Of a DNA stretch of 64,000 nucleotides, positions 9,352 through 19,900 are shown one piece after another; the first letter of the stretch is position 1, and each line of letters starts with the position of its first letter. The stretch is from Candidatus Velthaea sp. (GTDB taxonomy: Bacteria > Vulcanimicrobiota > Vulcanimicrobiia > Vulcanimicrobiales > Vulcanimicrobiaceae). A program made the position numbers and the translations under genes. Location: assembly GCA_965214935.1 (NCBI GenBank), contig CBDCCS010000021.1:224001-288000 (forward strand), written 5' to 3'. A model generated the notes under the pieces. That model ran no database searches, was not told the origin of the DNA, and saw only the letters and a list, made by a program, of their open reading frames with translations.

Positions 9352-10180
9352 TGCGCGCGAAAAGCCGCTCGCGCCGGCCCGGCGGCAGCGTACCGTGCAG
9401 CATGTGCGACAGGGACCGGATTCGCCTGTAACCGCTGCTTGCTACGATGGCTGCCGCTTCGAGATTGCCGGCGGGGATCTGCAACCGGTGGACCGCCGGG
9501 AGCAACTGCCGCGCTGCAAGGATCAAGGCGCTCGCTGCCGCCGCGTCCGGTGCGACGACCGGACCGAGCACCTGCGGGCGCACTTGCGCGACGGCATAAC
9601 CATCGATCCGGCCGGCGCTACCGATCACTCTCACGGCCTCGGGCATCGCATCGAGGAGTAATCCGAGAACCACGCACCGGTCGGCGCCGAAGGCGACCCG
9701 ATCCGCTGCAAAAACGGCATCGCGCTCGACTCGATCGTACGGCCGCGCCCGCGCCGTTCCGGCTGCAGCAAGTGTGCCGGCAGTTCCGAGTTCGCTCGCG
9801 TAGACATCGGTATGACCGGCCGCGCCGAATCCATAGCGCGCGTAAAGCGGTGCGCCGGCGGTTGTTGCGTCGAGTTCGACGGCTTCGAAGCGGCATTCTT
9901 GCGCCCATGCCGACAGCTCGTCCATCAAGCGCGTTGCGATACCTCGCCGCTGGAATGCCGGTTCAACCGCCATTTGCGAGACATACGCACTGCGACCGTA
10001 ATGATTGCCGATGACCATTCCGACGGGCACTCCGTCGAGCACGGCGACGAACGTGGCGAATGCCGGCGTGTCGATTGATGCCCGCAGCCGCAACTCCGCG
10101 TTTTGCTCGGAATGGTACGCTCGATTGAGCACGCCCGCTAGCGTACCGATGTCCGCCGCGCGTAGCGGCCTGACGATCAC
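9332..10180 (-). CDS. GNAT family N-acetyltransferase
   Basis: GTG overlaps coaE stop; V.P.FQRRGIA acetyl-CoA motif and LDAT.AG.PLY..YGF. Confidence 0.85.
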   Translation of the reverse strand: MIVRPLRAADIGTLAGVLNRAYHSEQNAELRLRASIDTPAFATFVAVLDGVPVGMVIGNHYGRSAYVSQMAVEPAFQRRGIATRLMDELSAWAQECRFEAVELDATTAGAPLYARYGFGAAGHTDVYASELGTAGTLAAAGTARARPYDRVERDAVFAADRVAFGADRCVVLGLLLDAMPEAVRVIGSAGRIDGYAVAQVRPQVLGPVVAPDAAAASALILAARQLLPAVHRLQIPAGNLEAAAIVASSGYRRIRSLSHMLHGTLPPGRRERLFARINLGQG

Positions 10181-10782
10181 CGCCGCGTCGATTGCGGATC
10201 TCCGTGCTGCAACGTCTCGAACACCGCGCGGGCATGCATTGCCAGATCGTCGAGCGTGCCCGAGTTGTCGATGACGAAATCGGCCATGGCCGCTGCCCGG
10301 CCGGGGTCGATTTGCGCGGCCATTCGGGCTTCGATCCGTTCGGCGGTCGTAGCGTCGCGCGCCGCTGCACGTGCAACCCGCACGGCAGGCGGAGCAACCA
10401 CGAGCACGGTACGATCGCACGTTCTCCAATAATCGCCCTCGAAGAGCAACGGCACCACATGCACGACGAGTGCGGTCGCCGGTAATGCCGCTTCGATCTC
10501 GGCCGCTCGCGCGCGCACGAGCGGGTGGACGATCCGGTTGAGCTGTTCGCGAGCGTTCGGGTCGGCAAAGACGATACGCGCAAGGGCCGCCCGATCGAGC
10601 GACCCTTGTTCGTCGACGGCATGCGGCCAACGTCTTTGCGCCTCACGCAAGCCGGTCGTTCCCGGTGCCATGACTTCGCGCGCAAGCAGATCCGCATCGA
10701 TCACTGCGGCGCCCCAGCTCGAGAAGAGCCGGGCGACCACGCTCTTACCCGACCCGATGCCGCCGGTTAGACCGACGCGCAT
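10177..10782 (-). CDS. coaE: Dephospho-CoA kinase
   Basis: VGLTGGIGSGKS P-loop, IDAD, LNRIVHP, VPLLFE. Confidence 0.95.
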   Translation of the reverse strand: MRVGLTGGIGSGKSVVARLFSSWGAAVIDADLLAREVMAPGTTGLREAQRRWPHAVDEQGSLDRAALARIVFADPNAREQLNRIVHPLVRARAAEIEAALPATALVVHVVPLLFEGDYWRTCDRTVLVVAPPAVRVARAAARDATTAERIEARMAAQIDPGRAAAMADFVIDNSGTLDDLAMHARAVFETLQHGDPQSTRR

Positions 10783-10791
10783 CGCGGGAGT

Positions 10792-11976
10792 TCAGCTTTG
10801 CTGAGCGGCAAGCTCCTGACCTAGCGTCCCCAGTCCGCCGCCTTGATACCCGTCGGCTTCGGGCGCATAGTCGGGAAATTCGGTCGTATCGAGCGGGATA
10901 TCCGCGACGTGCTGGATCGAGCCGGTGATCCGTCGCGTGCTCTCGTTGATAGTGAGCAGCGTGACTTCAACTTCTTCGCCCGGCGAATACTGTTTGGCCG
11001 GATCGAATTCGCCTTTCGGCACCATGGCAAGCACGCCGGGCACGATCTCGACGAGCAAGTAGTTCGGGGTGACCTTCACGACGCCCGCCACGAGTTTATT
11101 GCCCTCGAAGAGACGCTCGTTATGCTCGTTCCACGGATCCGGCAATGCATGCTTGAGCGAAAGCGAGACTTTCTTTGCTTCCGGATCGAACTTCATGACT
11201 TCGACTGAAACGGTGTCGCCGATTTTCACGACTTCCGACGGGTGCTTGATTCGCGCGTACGAGAGTTCGCTATTATGAATGAGGCCGTCGATCCCGCCGA
11301 GATCGACAAACGCGCCGAACTCCGCTAATCGAACGACGACGCCTTCACGGATCTGCCCGACGGTCAACGTTCCGAGCAGCTCTTGCTTTTTAGCATTGAG
11401 CTCTTCTTCGAGAACCTGACGCTGTGAAAGCACGACACGGTGACGCTTATGATCGAGATCGATGACTTTAAGCCGTAACCGCTTGCCGACGAGTTCGTCA
11501 AGATTGCCGACCGGCTGACGCCGGATTTGCGACGCCGGCACGAAGCCCCGCATCCCGAGGTCGACCAGGACGCCGCCTTTGACGACTTGGGTGACCGTCG
11601 CTTCGATGACTTCGTCGTTATCATGCGCGGCGATGACCTTCTCCCAGGTCTTGAGCGCCCGTGCGCGCCGCTCGCTCAGAAACAGCGAGCCGTCTTGATC
11701 GTCGATCCGGTGGATCATCACTTCGAGCGTATCGCCGACCTTGAGGTCTTTGGGCTCGATGGCCAAACTTAATTCGCGGAACGGCAGCGTGCCTTCCGAC
11801 TTGCCGCCGATGTCGACGAGCAATTCATCTTGGTACTTCGCAACGATAACGCCGGTAAGCACTTGGCCTTCATCGAGAACTTTGAGGCTCTCTTCATAAA
11901 GGCGCTGCTCGAGCGCGAGTTGATCTTCTTCTTCGGGTTCGATTGCCGGCGTCGGCGGGGCGATGGTGCTAGTAAT
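10792..11976 (-). CDS. rpsA: 30S ribosomal protein S1 (short form), probable ATT start
   Basis: Tandem S1 domains (VDIGGKSEG, VKGG..VDLG.RGFVPAS, FGAFVDLGGIDGLIH.SELS); conserved N-terminal LYEESLK lies upstream of first canonical GTG 11862. Confidence 0.9.
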   Translation of the reverse strand: MTSTIAPPTPAIEPEEEDQLALEQRLYEESLKVLDEGQVLTGVIVAKYQDELLVDIGGKSEGTLPFRELSLAIEPKDLKVGDTLEVMIHRIDDQDGSLFLSERRARALKTWEKVIAAHDNDEVIEATVTQVVKGGVLVDLGMRGFVPASQIRRQPVGNLDELVGKRLRLKVIDLDHKRHRVVLSQRQVLEEELNAKKQELLGTLTVGQIREGVVVRLAEFGAFVDLGGIDGLIHNSELSYARIKHPSEVVKIGDTVSVEVMKFDPEAKKVSLSLKHALPDPWNEHNERLFEGNKLVAGVVKVTPNYLLVEIVPGVLAMVPKGEFDPAKQYSPGEEVEVTLLTINESTRRITGSIQHVADIPLDTTEFPDYAPEADGYQGGGLGTLGQELAAQQS

Positions 11977-12170
11977 TAGAGATCCTCACATTGTGGCGGA
12001 GACGGCGCTTCACGCTCGCTCCAAACCCCTCGCAACGTATTCGGTGCGAGGCCCCCGGACTTTAGCGGGCCCGTCGTCGATTCGGCTTCGAGATCTCTCT
12101 CTAAGGGGGTCCGAATCGGCCAAAAGTAGCCCAAGTCCAAGCACGTTCGGGACTCCGCCCGGTCCACCCG

Positions 12171-12986
12171 TTATTTCTGACACGTCCGGCACCACCACGT
12201 GCCGCGCTGTGAGAGGACCGTACGGACGATCGTGCTGCCGCATCGCGGACATGGCATTCCGAGGCGGCCATAAACGGATAACAGATTTTGAAATCCGCCT
12301 TTGAGCCCCTCGGCATCGACATAATCGTCGACGCTCGTGCCGCGCGCCTCGATGGAGCGGGCCAAGACATCGCGGATTGCGAGATGCAGCCGGCGGCGAG
12401 CCGGCCGGGAAATCTTGTGGGCCGGGCGACTCGGACGAATCCGTGCCTCCCATAAAGCTTCACAAGCGTAGATATTGCCGACTCCGGAAATCCGGCTTTG
12501 ATCGAGCAGCAAGACCTTGATCGGCGTTCGACGCTCGTCCAGCATACTCACAAAGCGTTCGGAGGTAAACCCCTCGGAGAGCGGTTCGAGTCCGCCGTCG
12601 GCGTCCCACGGTTCGCCCGACGCGAGTAACCGCATGCGGCCGAACTGCCGAACGTCGGCAAACAGCAATCGGGTCCCGTCGGAAAAATCGATCGTGATGT
12701 GTGAATACGGATACGGCTTTGTCAGCCCGGGCGGCTGAACGATAAGCCGGCCGGTCATACGCAGATGCACCGTCAACCGGCGCCCGGACGCCAGCGTCAT
12801 GACGATGAACTTCGCCCGGCGTCCGATCGACATCACCGTTTCACCCGGTAGTGCACCGGCCAAGGTCAGCCCGGGCGGCGTGACCGCGATTTTCGCCATC
12901 GTCACAACTGCAGAAGCGATGGTTTTTCCGCCGATCGCATTTGCCAGGCCGCGTGCGATCGTCTCTACTTCGGGCAGTTCGGGCAC
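12171..12986 (-). CDS. mutM: Formamidopyrimidine-DNA glycosylase
   Basis: N-terminal PELPEVE, HLRMTG, GVGNIYACE, C-terminal CPRC...CRTCQ zinc finger. Confidence 0.97.
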   Translation of the reverse strand: MPELPEVETIARGLANAIGGKTIASAVVTMAKIAVTPPGLTLAGALPGETVMSIGRRAKFIVMTLASGRRLTVHLRMTGRLIVQPPGLTKPYPYSHITIDFSDGTRLLFADVRQFGRMRLLASGEPWDADGGLEPLSEGFTSERFVSMLDERRTPIKVLLLDQSRISGVGNIYACEALWEARIRPSRPAHKISRPARRRLHLAIRDVLARSIEARGTSVDDYVDAEGLKGGFQNLLSVYGRLGMPCPRCGSTIVRTVLSQRGTWWCRTCQK

Positions 12987-13079
12987 TACTCGAACTTAAA
13001 CTCCGGTTCGCCTGCAGATGTTGCAACGGCGTTCGCTGCCGGCATCACCGTACGGCAAGCTTACAACCGTACGGCAGGC

Positions 13080-13940
13080 TTACAGTGGTAGTTCTTTTTC
13101 GTGCTGCGCGTAGGACCGGGCGTCGAAATACCACTCCGGCAAGGTTGCCGGAAACATGATATTCGTATAAGCGTAGTCGACGACTTTGCCGTCGCCGTCG
13201 TATCCGTCACCGACCAGACCGTGGATCGAGGTGACGACGGGAACGCCTTGCAGCAATGAAATCTTCACGTCGAACAGCGCGCTGTAAATCTTATTCGCAC
13301 TCTCGTCGAATAAGCGATCGTGCGTGATGAGCCGGACGAGTTCAAGGCTATTTTTATCAGCGTACACTTCGCGCAAGCGATTGCGTTCCGGATCGCGGAT
13401 CGGCCGTAACGTAAGATGCACGAGATTACCCTCGACGACCACGGAGTCGACGTAGTAATCATATTCGCCTGCGACAGTAACGCTGCCGATTTGCTTGTAC
13501 TGCGTGGCTTGCGGTTCGGGCGTCGGCACCTCCGAAACCGGCCGCGGCTTGGCCGGCGCCGGTTCGAACAAATCAGCGGTCGGCGGTCCCGGGTCACGAT
13601 CCTCATTGAACGCCGGACGCATGAATTCGGGAAAGCCCATGGCCGGCGCGATTTCGACCTTGCGGCCGAGCGCAGCACGATCGAGGTTGCGCACCCACAT
13701 GTGATAGGTATAGCTCGCGGCGAAATCCGGAAAACCGCGATCGGTATTCTGCTTGCGCGACATCGTGTACGTAATGTATGCCGGCGGCGGCCGATGCGAG
13801 CGGAACTTGGCTCGAATCAAGCCGAGCAGTCGCTGCGGCGACGGGGTGTAAACCGGATCGGGATGCGCTGCCGGTAGCGGTGCCGGGGTAACGAGCCCGA
13901 GAAAAAAGCTGACGATCAGAGCGGAAAGCGTTGCGATCAT
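13080..13940 (-). CDS. Hypothetical secreted protein
   Basis: Signal peptide; coding-like composition; ATGA overlap with upstream gene. Confidence 0.7.
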   Translation of the reverse strand: MIATLSALIVSFFLGLVTPAPLPAAHPDPVYTPSPQRLLGLIRAKFRSHRPPPAYITYTMSRKQNTDRGFPDFAASYTYHMWVRNLDRAALGRKVEIAPAMGFPEFMRPAFNEDRDPGPPTADLFEPAPAKPRPVSEVPTPEPQATQYKQIGSVTVAGEYDYYVDSVVVEGNLVHLTLRPIRDPERNRLREVYADKNSLELVRLITHDRLFDESANKIYSALFDVKISLLQGVPVVTSIHGLVGDGYDGDGKVVDYAYTNIMFPATLPEWYFDARSYAQHEKELPL

Positions 13941-14464
13941 TCCTGTGCATTCAGTGTCGGTATTGCGAGGCGGCTGCCGCTGACAATGTGATGGCGGGCG
14001 GCGTCGCCGGCGCCGAGTTCGATAACGTATAAGCCCTGTCCGGCCCGGCGCGCGATCCGATCGTCGGTCGTTCCGGACGGCGTTGCCGGTACATCGGCTG
14101 CAACGTTGGTCACCGTGCCGTCGGCGTCAACGAATACCATATCTAATGCAATTAGCGTATTTTTCATCCAAAACGACTGCGGTCCGCCGGGCGGTGAAAA
14201 GACGAAGATCATGCCTTTCCCGGGCGGCACACGTACGACGCACATCAAACCGCGGGCCCGGCTTTGCTCCGTGGTTACCGGCACGACCGACAGCCTGCCC
14301 AGCGGTGCGCGCACGTCGTACGCGGCACCCGCCAAGAATTTCCGCGTAGCACCGGCCGTGTCCGGACATTCGGTACTCGACGTCGGCGCGGGCGTCGTCC
14401 GATCCGCGGGAGCTTGAGCGGTCAGCAACGTTGCACAAACGGCGAGCGGAGCAAGGTATCTCAT
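13937..14464 (-). CDS. DUF192 family exported protein
   Basis: RARGLM, GMIFVF, FWMKNTLIALDMVF, YVIEL motifs; signal peptide from ATG 14464. Confidence 0.85.
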   Translation of the reverse strand: MRYLAPLAVCATLLTAQAPADRTTPAPTSSTECPDTAGATRKFLAGAAYDVRAPLGRLSVVPVTTEQSRARGLMCVVRVPPGKGMIFVFSPPGGPQSFWMKNTLIALDMVFVDADGTVTNVAADVPATPSGTTDDRIARRAGQGLYVIELGAGDAARHHIVSGSRLAIPTLNAQE

Positions 14465-14540
14465 GCGTGTGGCAACATTTCGCGCGCCGAGCAGTGCTGC
14501 CCGCTCGAGCAACTTACGCACTGCGGGTACAAGGCGTGCG

Positions 14541-15548
14541 ATGGCAACGGCGGCTCGCGACTCCGATCGACCCCAAACGCAAACCGGCGACCGTATCGGC
14601 AACGGCCGGCATCCGCGCCGGCGCCGCCGGATCGTCATTGCGGCCGCGGTCATCGCCGTCTTGCTGATCGCCGCGGCAATCGTCGAATCGCGTTTCGTCG
14701 GCCACCCCGATAAGGTTGCGGCCGGCGGCGGTTCCGGTTCCGCATCCACCAGTGGCGGAGCATCATCGGGTGCCGGTTCGGGCAGTTCGACAGCCGGCGG
14801 CAGTTCAACGAATGCAGGCGGAGCCGTGGGGACGACCGGTGGAACAACGGCAGGCAGCGGTAGCGGGTCGGCCACCGGCGCCGGCAGTTCCGCGAGCGGC
14901 GCGAGCAGCGGCGGCACGGGCAGCGCGTCGGGAGCGCAATCGGGCGGATCGGCCGGCGGGGGTTCGCAGGGCAGCGGGTCTTCGGGCGGCTCGCAAAGCG
15001 CCGGCTCGTCGTCGAATGCGGCCGGTAACTCGACGGGAAGCAGCAACTCGAATGTCGGTAACGGCTCGGCGGCGAGTAGCAGTGCGGCCGGCGGTGCCGG
15101 TACGGGCAGCAGCAACAATACCTCGGATTTTGCGGGCGCCGGCGGTTCGCATGGCTCGATTGGGACGATTAACGCTGCGTCCGCGAACGTCGGGTCCTCT
15201 TCGATGAGCTCGGGTTCGCTCGGCCCGGGTTCGACGGGCGGTTCGGTGGGCGCAAGTTCCGGCTCGACCGGTGCCGGCAGCAGTACGGCCGGTAGCGCCG
15301 GTTCAGGGTCGGTCGGATCGAGCGCAGGCGCCGCAACGGGCGGAAGCGCACCGGTCGGTGCGGGTTCGGCAAACGCCGGTTCGGTCGGCTCGGGCGCCGT
15401 CGGAACGGGGGCCGGTTCGGGCACGGCCGGCACCGGATCGAATACCGGTGGTTCAAATGGGTCCGGCGCGCGCGGTTCGGGCTCCGGCAGCGCAACCGGC
15501 TCCGGCAGTACCGGTTCCGGGAACGGCAGCGGTTCCGTGGGCGGCTAA
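14541..15548 (+). CDS. Membrane-anchored Gly/Ser/Ala/Thr-rich low-complexity protein
   Basis: RRRRR followed by one hydrophobic TM, then about 275 aa almost entirely G/S/A/T/N; GGGTAC 10 nt before ATG. Confidence 0.7.
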   Translation: MATAARDSDRPQTQTGDRIGNGRHPRRRRRIVIAAAVIAVLLIAAAIVESRFVGHPDKVAAGGGSGSASTSGGASSGAGSGSSTAGGSSTNAGGAVGTTGGTTAGSGSGSATGAGSSASGASSGGTGSASGAQSGGSAGGGSQGSGSSGGSQSAGSSSNAAGNSTGSSNSNVGNGSAASSSAAGGAGTGSSNNTSDFAGAGGSHGSIGTINAASANVGSSSMSSGSLGPGSTGGSVGASSGSTGAGSSTAGSAGSGSVGSSAGAATGGSAPVGAGSANAGSVGSGAVGTGAGSGTAGTGSNTGGSNGSGARGSGSGSATGSGSTGSGNGSGSVGG

Positions 15549-15617
15549 GTACAGATTCGATTCGTGCATTGCGGGCAGAACCAACACTCGGCTGCTCGCG
15601 TGCAACCGTTCACAGAT

Positions 15618-16922
15618 ATGGAGCCATCTGAGCTGCGGTCAACGCAACGAACACTGTTTTTCGGAGCCGCTGCAATTGCCGTGCTCCTGCTCGGCGCCGG
15701 CTGCTCGTCGGGGTCGGCGTCCGGCGCAGCGGAGCCGTCGCCGACGCCCACGATGCCGAGCGTCCGCACCATTGGCGCAGTCGAAGGCACGATTCACCCG
15801 GCGCTGACAATTCCCGGTACGATCGCGCCGAATCAAGTTGCGGCATTGTCGAATGCGATTTCCGAACCGGCGCTGCAGGTCTATGTCCAAGAAGGCGACC
15901 GGGTTCGAACCGGTCAGGTCCTCGCGCAACTCGACGTCGACGATCTGCAAGCGAATTTGCAAGCCGCGGAACAGACGGCGCGCGCCGACGCGGCGCGGAC
16001 GCAACAAACGCGCTACTCGGCAACGCTGTCTTACGCGCAAGCGCCGGCACAAGATCAGCAAGCTAAAGCGCAACTCGCGCAAGCGCAACTGACGCTGCGC
16101 GAAGCAACGCTAAATTTACGTCGCGATGCGCAACTCGTCGCGCAAGGCTACCTGCCGCAGCAGAACTATGACGAGCAAGAGGTCGTCGTTGCAAACGATC
16201 AACAAGCCGTGTACTCGGCGGGCGCCGCAGTGCAAAGTGCGGCCGCGAACGTTCGGGTGAACGGTAACGGCACGAGCGGCTTACAGGCGGCGACCATTGC
16301 GCAAGCAAGCGAAGATGCAGCGGCTGCCTATGCAACCGCCGAGCAGCTGCGGCGTCAAATCGCGCGCGCCCATATTGTGAGTCCGGTCGACGGCGTGGTG
16401 ATCAATCGCAACCTCAATCCGGGCGAGTATCCGGCCGGCCGGCAGATTTTTACCATCGAATCGGACGCGCAGATGTATGCGATTCTCACGGCGTCCGCCG
16501 TGCAAGCCTATCAGATTCACCGCGGTAATCGCGTCACGATCGTGCGCGCCGGACTGCCCAGCGGCCGTTTCGTCGGCAATGTTGCCGCGATACTCGACGC
16601 CGCGACAGCCGGCTCGACGAATTTCACGGTGAAAGTGCGCGTGCCGAACGAACGCGGCGTCCTGCGTGCCGGGACGCCGGTCCAAGCAATGGTCGCGCTG
16701 CAACCGGTTAGCGGCATTGCCGTTCCGGCATCGGCGTTCGTCGATGATTCTCGCACGCGAATCCTTACCGTCGTCGATCGGCGGGCGCGAACGGTGCACG
16801 TAACCGAATTCGCGACCGACGGCGCGACGTCGATCGTCGGCGGGTTAGCGCCGGGTACGCAAATCGTGCGCGATGGATCGGCGGGGCTGAGCGACGGCCA
16901 AGCCGTCGAGACGGCGCGCTAA
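15618..16922 (+). CDS. RND efflux periplasmic adaptor (MFP) lipoprotein
   Basis: Lipobox GAG-C; V.EGDRV..GQVLAQLD and IVSPVDGVV lipoyl motifs flanking a coiled coil. Confidence 0.9.
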   Translation: MEPSELRSTQRTLFFGAAAIAVLLLGAGCSSGSASGAAEPSPTPTMPSVRTIGAVEGTIHPALTIPGTIAPNQVAALSNAISEPALQVYVQEGDRVRTGQVLAQLDVDDLQANLQAAEQTARADAARTQQTRYSATLSYAQAPAQDQQAKAQLAQAQLTLREATLNLRRDAQLVAQGYLPQQNYDEQEVVVANDQQAVYSAGAAVQSAAANVRVNGNGTSGLQAATIAQASEDAAAAYATAEQLRRQIARAHIVSPVDGVVINRNLNPGEYPAGRQIFTIESDAQMYAILTASAVQAYQIHRGNRVTIVRAGLPSGRFVGNVAAILDAATAGSTNFTVKVRVPNERGVLRAGTPVQAMVALQPVSGIAVPASAFVDDSRTRILTVVDRRARTVHVTEFATDGATSIVGGLAPGTQIVRDGSAGLSDGQAVETAR

Positions 16923-16923
16923 T

Positions 16924-19900
16924 ATGTGGCTGACCAAACTGTTCTTGCAACGTTGGCCGCTTGTCGTCGTGTTGATCGCCTTCACGACACTTGCCGGCGT
17001 GATTTCATTCCGTTCGCTCATCGTTCAACGTTTACCGAATACCGATACGCCGACGGTGGGCATGCGCGTTTCGTATTCCGGGGCGTCGACGACGGAGTTG
17101 CGCGACACGATCGTTCGCCCGATTGAAGATCAGATCGCCGGCTCGCAAGATCTCACCCATGTCGATGCAACGATTCAGACCGGTTCGGCGACTATCGGTT
17201 CGTACTTCACGCTGGGTTCGAGCGGCGATCAAGATCTCACGCAAATCATTCAAGCATTCAACGCCGCACGCTCGCAATTGCCCAGCGACCTTGTTGCGCC
17301 GGTCATTCGCATCTTCGATCCGAACGCCGCGACCGTCGTGTCGATCGGCATCACGTCCAAGTCGCTACAGCCGGCGGCGATCGCTTCGCTCGCCTACGGA
17401 CAAATCGGGCCGGCGATCGAGCAACTCGGCGGCGTCTCGAACGTTATTGTCGCGGGCAACGTGCAAGCCGCGTACAACGTCGTGGTCGATCCCAATGCGC
17501 TCTCCGGTTACGGCCTAACGCTCACCGACATCGTGACGACGCTGAGCGCAAATAACATCCGCGCACCGGGCGGCATCGCATATCAACCCGGCCGCGAAAC
17601 ACAGATCGACGTGCGCGGCGACATCAGTTCGCCGCAGGCCGTGAGCGGCTTAGCCGTGGTGAACGGGACGTCGGGCAGCAGCGGCGGCGGTAGCGCGCCG
17701 ACGCTCTACGGTCCGACGCCGTATACGGGTACGTTATACGGCTGGACCCGGCCGGCGCAAAGCATCCTCATCGGTGACGTCGCGAAGGTAGAAGACAGCA
17801 GCGTACCGATTCGCAACTTCGCGTTCGTAAACGGCAAACCGGGCGTTGAATTGCAAGTCCAAAAAAGCAGCGATGCCAGCGAAATCGACGTTTCGCAGAT
17901 GGTCATCAAAGCGCTGCCCGCCCTGCAACGGCAGTTCCCAGCCGTCGAAATGCGCGTCGATTACGTCCAGTCGATCTATTCGCAGCAGCAAGTCGAAGGC
18001 GTCGAACGAACGTTACTCGAGGGCATCGCGCTAACGGCGGTTCTCATGTTGCTGTTTCTGCAATCCTGGCGCAACGCCATCGTCGTGATGATTGCGATTC
18101 CAACGTCGCTGTGCGTGGCGGTCTTTGCAATGAAGAGCCTGCACTTTTCGCTCGACACGATTTCACTGCTTGCCATGACGCTCGTTATCGGCATTCTCAT
18201 CGACGACTCGACAGTCGTGCTCGAAAACATCACGCGGCACGCGCAGGACGGCGAAGACCGTATGGAAGCCGCGCTCAACGGCCGGTCCGAGATCGGGACT
18301 GCTGCAATCGTCATCACGCTCGTCGACGTCGTCGTGTTCTTGCCGATCGCGTTCATCGGCGGACCGGTCGGCGTGCAACTTTCGGAATTCGCCGTAGTCG
18401 TTACCGTCTCAACGCTGACGTCGCTGTTTATCTCATTCACCGTCACGCCGACGCTGGCCGGCGTCTGGGCGCTCAAGTCGAAGTGGAAACCATGGAAGCC
18501 GATCGTTGCCTTCAACACCGGTTTCGATTGGGTGCGTACGCGTTATCACGATCGGCTGCTGCCGGCAGCGCTCGGACAGCCATGGCCGATTCTCATCGTT
18601 TCGCTGCTGCTCGTCGTGGGTGCATTGCTGTTGATTCCGACCGGCTTGGTCGGCGAAGACTACATTCCGGCGGCCGACCAAGGCGAGATCTTTTTCACAT
18701 TGACCTATGCGCCGGGGACGCCGCTGGAACGCACCCGCACCGTCATCGGGAAAATCGAAGCGGAGATCGATCGAATTCCCGATTTGCAATCGGAAGTAAC
18801 GAACGCGGGCGGCTATAATTCGCCGTTCGGCGGATTTGTATTGCAAGGAAATACCGCGCAGATCAATGTCTTTCTCAAGAACGGCCACAAACAATCGACG
18901 GCGCACTGGCTGACATACGTCGAGGATCTCGGCCGGCGCTTTGCACCCGATGCAATCGCAATTGCGAAACCGGCAAGCGATCCGACGCAAGGCGGTCCGC
19001 GTCAGCCGATCGACGAGCTCGTGTCGCTGCCGAACGGTGCGGACCCTTCGATGTACGCCGAACGCGTTGCGCAAATTCTCAAGCAGACGCCGGGTGCCGT
19101 CGACGTCAACGACTCGGCGCAACAGCTGCTGCCGCAGGTCGAGGTCACGTTCGATCGGGCAATGGCGCGCTCGCTGGGTGTTTCGATCGGCACGGCGTCG
19201 ACGGCGATCCGGGCGGCATTCGGCGGCGCCGTCGCGACCGAACTCGAATCGCCCAACGGCTTGGTACAGGTCGAGGTGATCTATCCGCGCAGCGCACAGC
19301 AAAGCTTGGCCAACGTTCTATCGATTCCGTTGCGCGCCGCCAACGGCGCGATCGTTCGCGTCGGCGACTTCGCGCAATTGCAATTGGCGCCCACGCCCGT
19401 CGTGATTACCCGGACGAACCGGGCCGACGTCGTGCATGTCGATGCAACCGTTGCGGACGGCTTTAATTTGTCGGACGTCATGCGCGATTTCAATCAACGA
19501 TTGGCGAAACAGAAGCTGCCGCCCGACGTTCGCGTCCAACCGGCCCGCGGCGGACAGCAGGAGCTGATGAGTTTGACGCTAGCCGGACTCGGCACGTCGC
19601 TGGCTTTGTCGATCGTGCTGGTGTATCTGCTGATGGTCGCGCTCTACAATGACTTTCGCGATCCGTTTGTCATTTTGTTTGCCGTGCCGGTCGCGGTGGT
19701 CGGTGCGCTGGGTGCGTTGTGGATCACGCATCAGACGCTAAATTTATTTTCATTGATCGGCACGCTGCTGTTAGTCGGACTTGTCACCAAGAACGGGATC
19801 TTGCTGGTCGACTACGCGAACACCGTGCGACGCCGCGACGGCAAAGATAAGCGCGAAGCGGCGATCGAGAGCGCGCAGACGCGCTTCCGTCCGATCATCA

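Noticed and set aside
14465..15433. Pro/Ala/Glu-rich N-terminal extension of the DUF192 ORF (13937..15433 -)
   Set aside because: Antisense shadow of the Gly/Ser gene; DUF192 has its own signal peptide at ATG 14464, and the plus strand has a proper TM anchor
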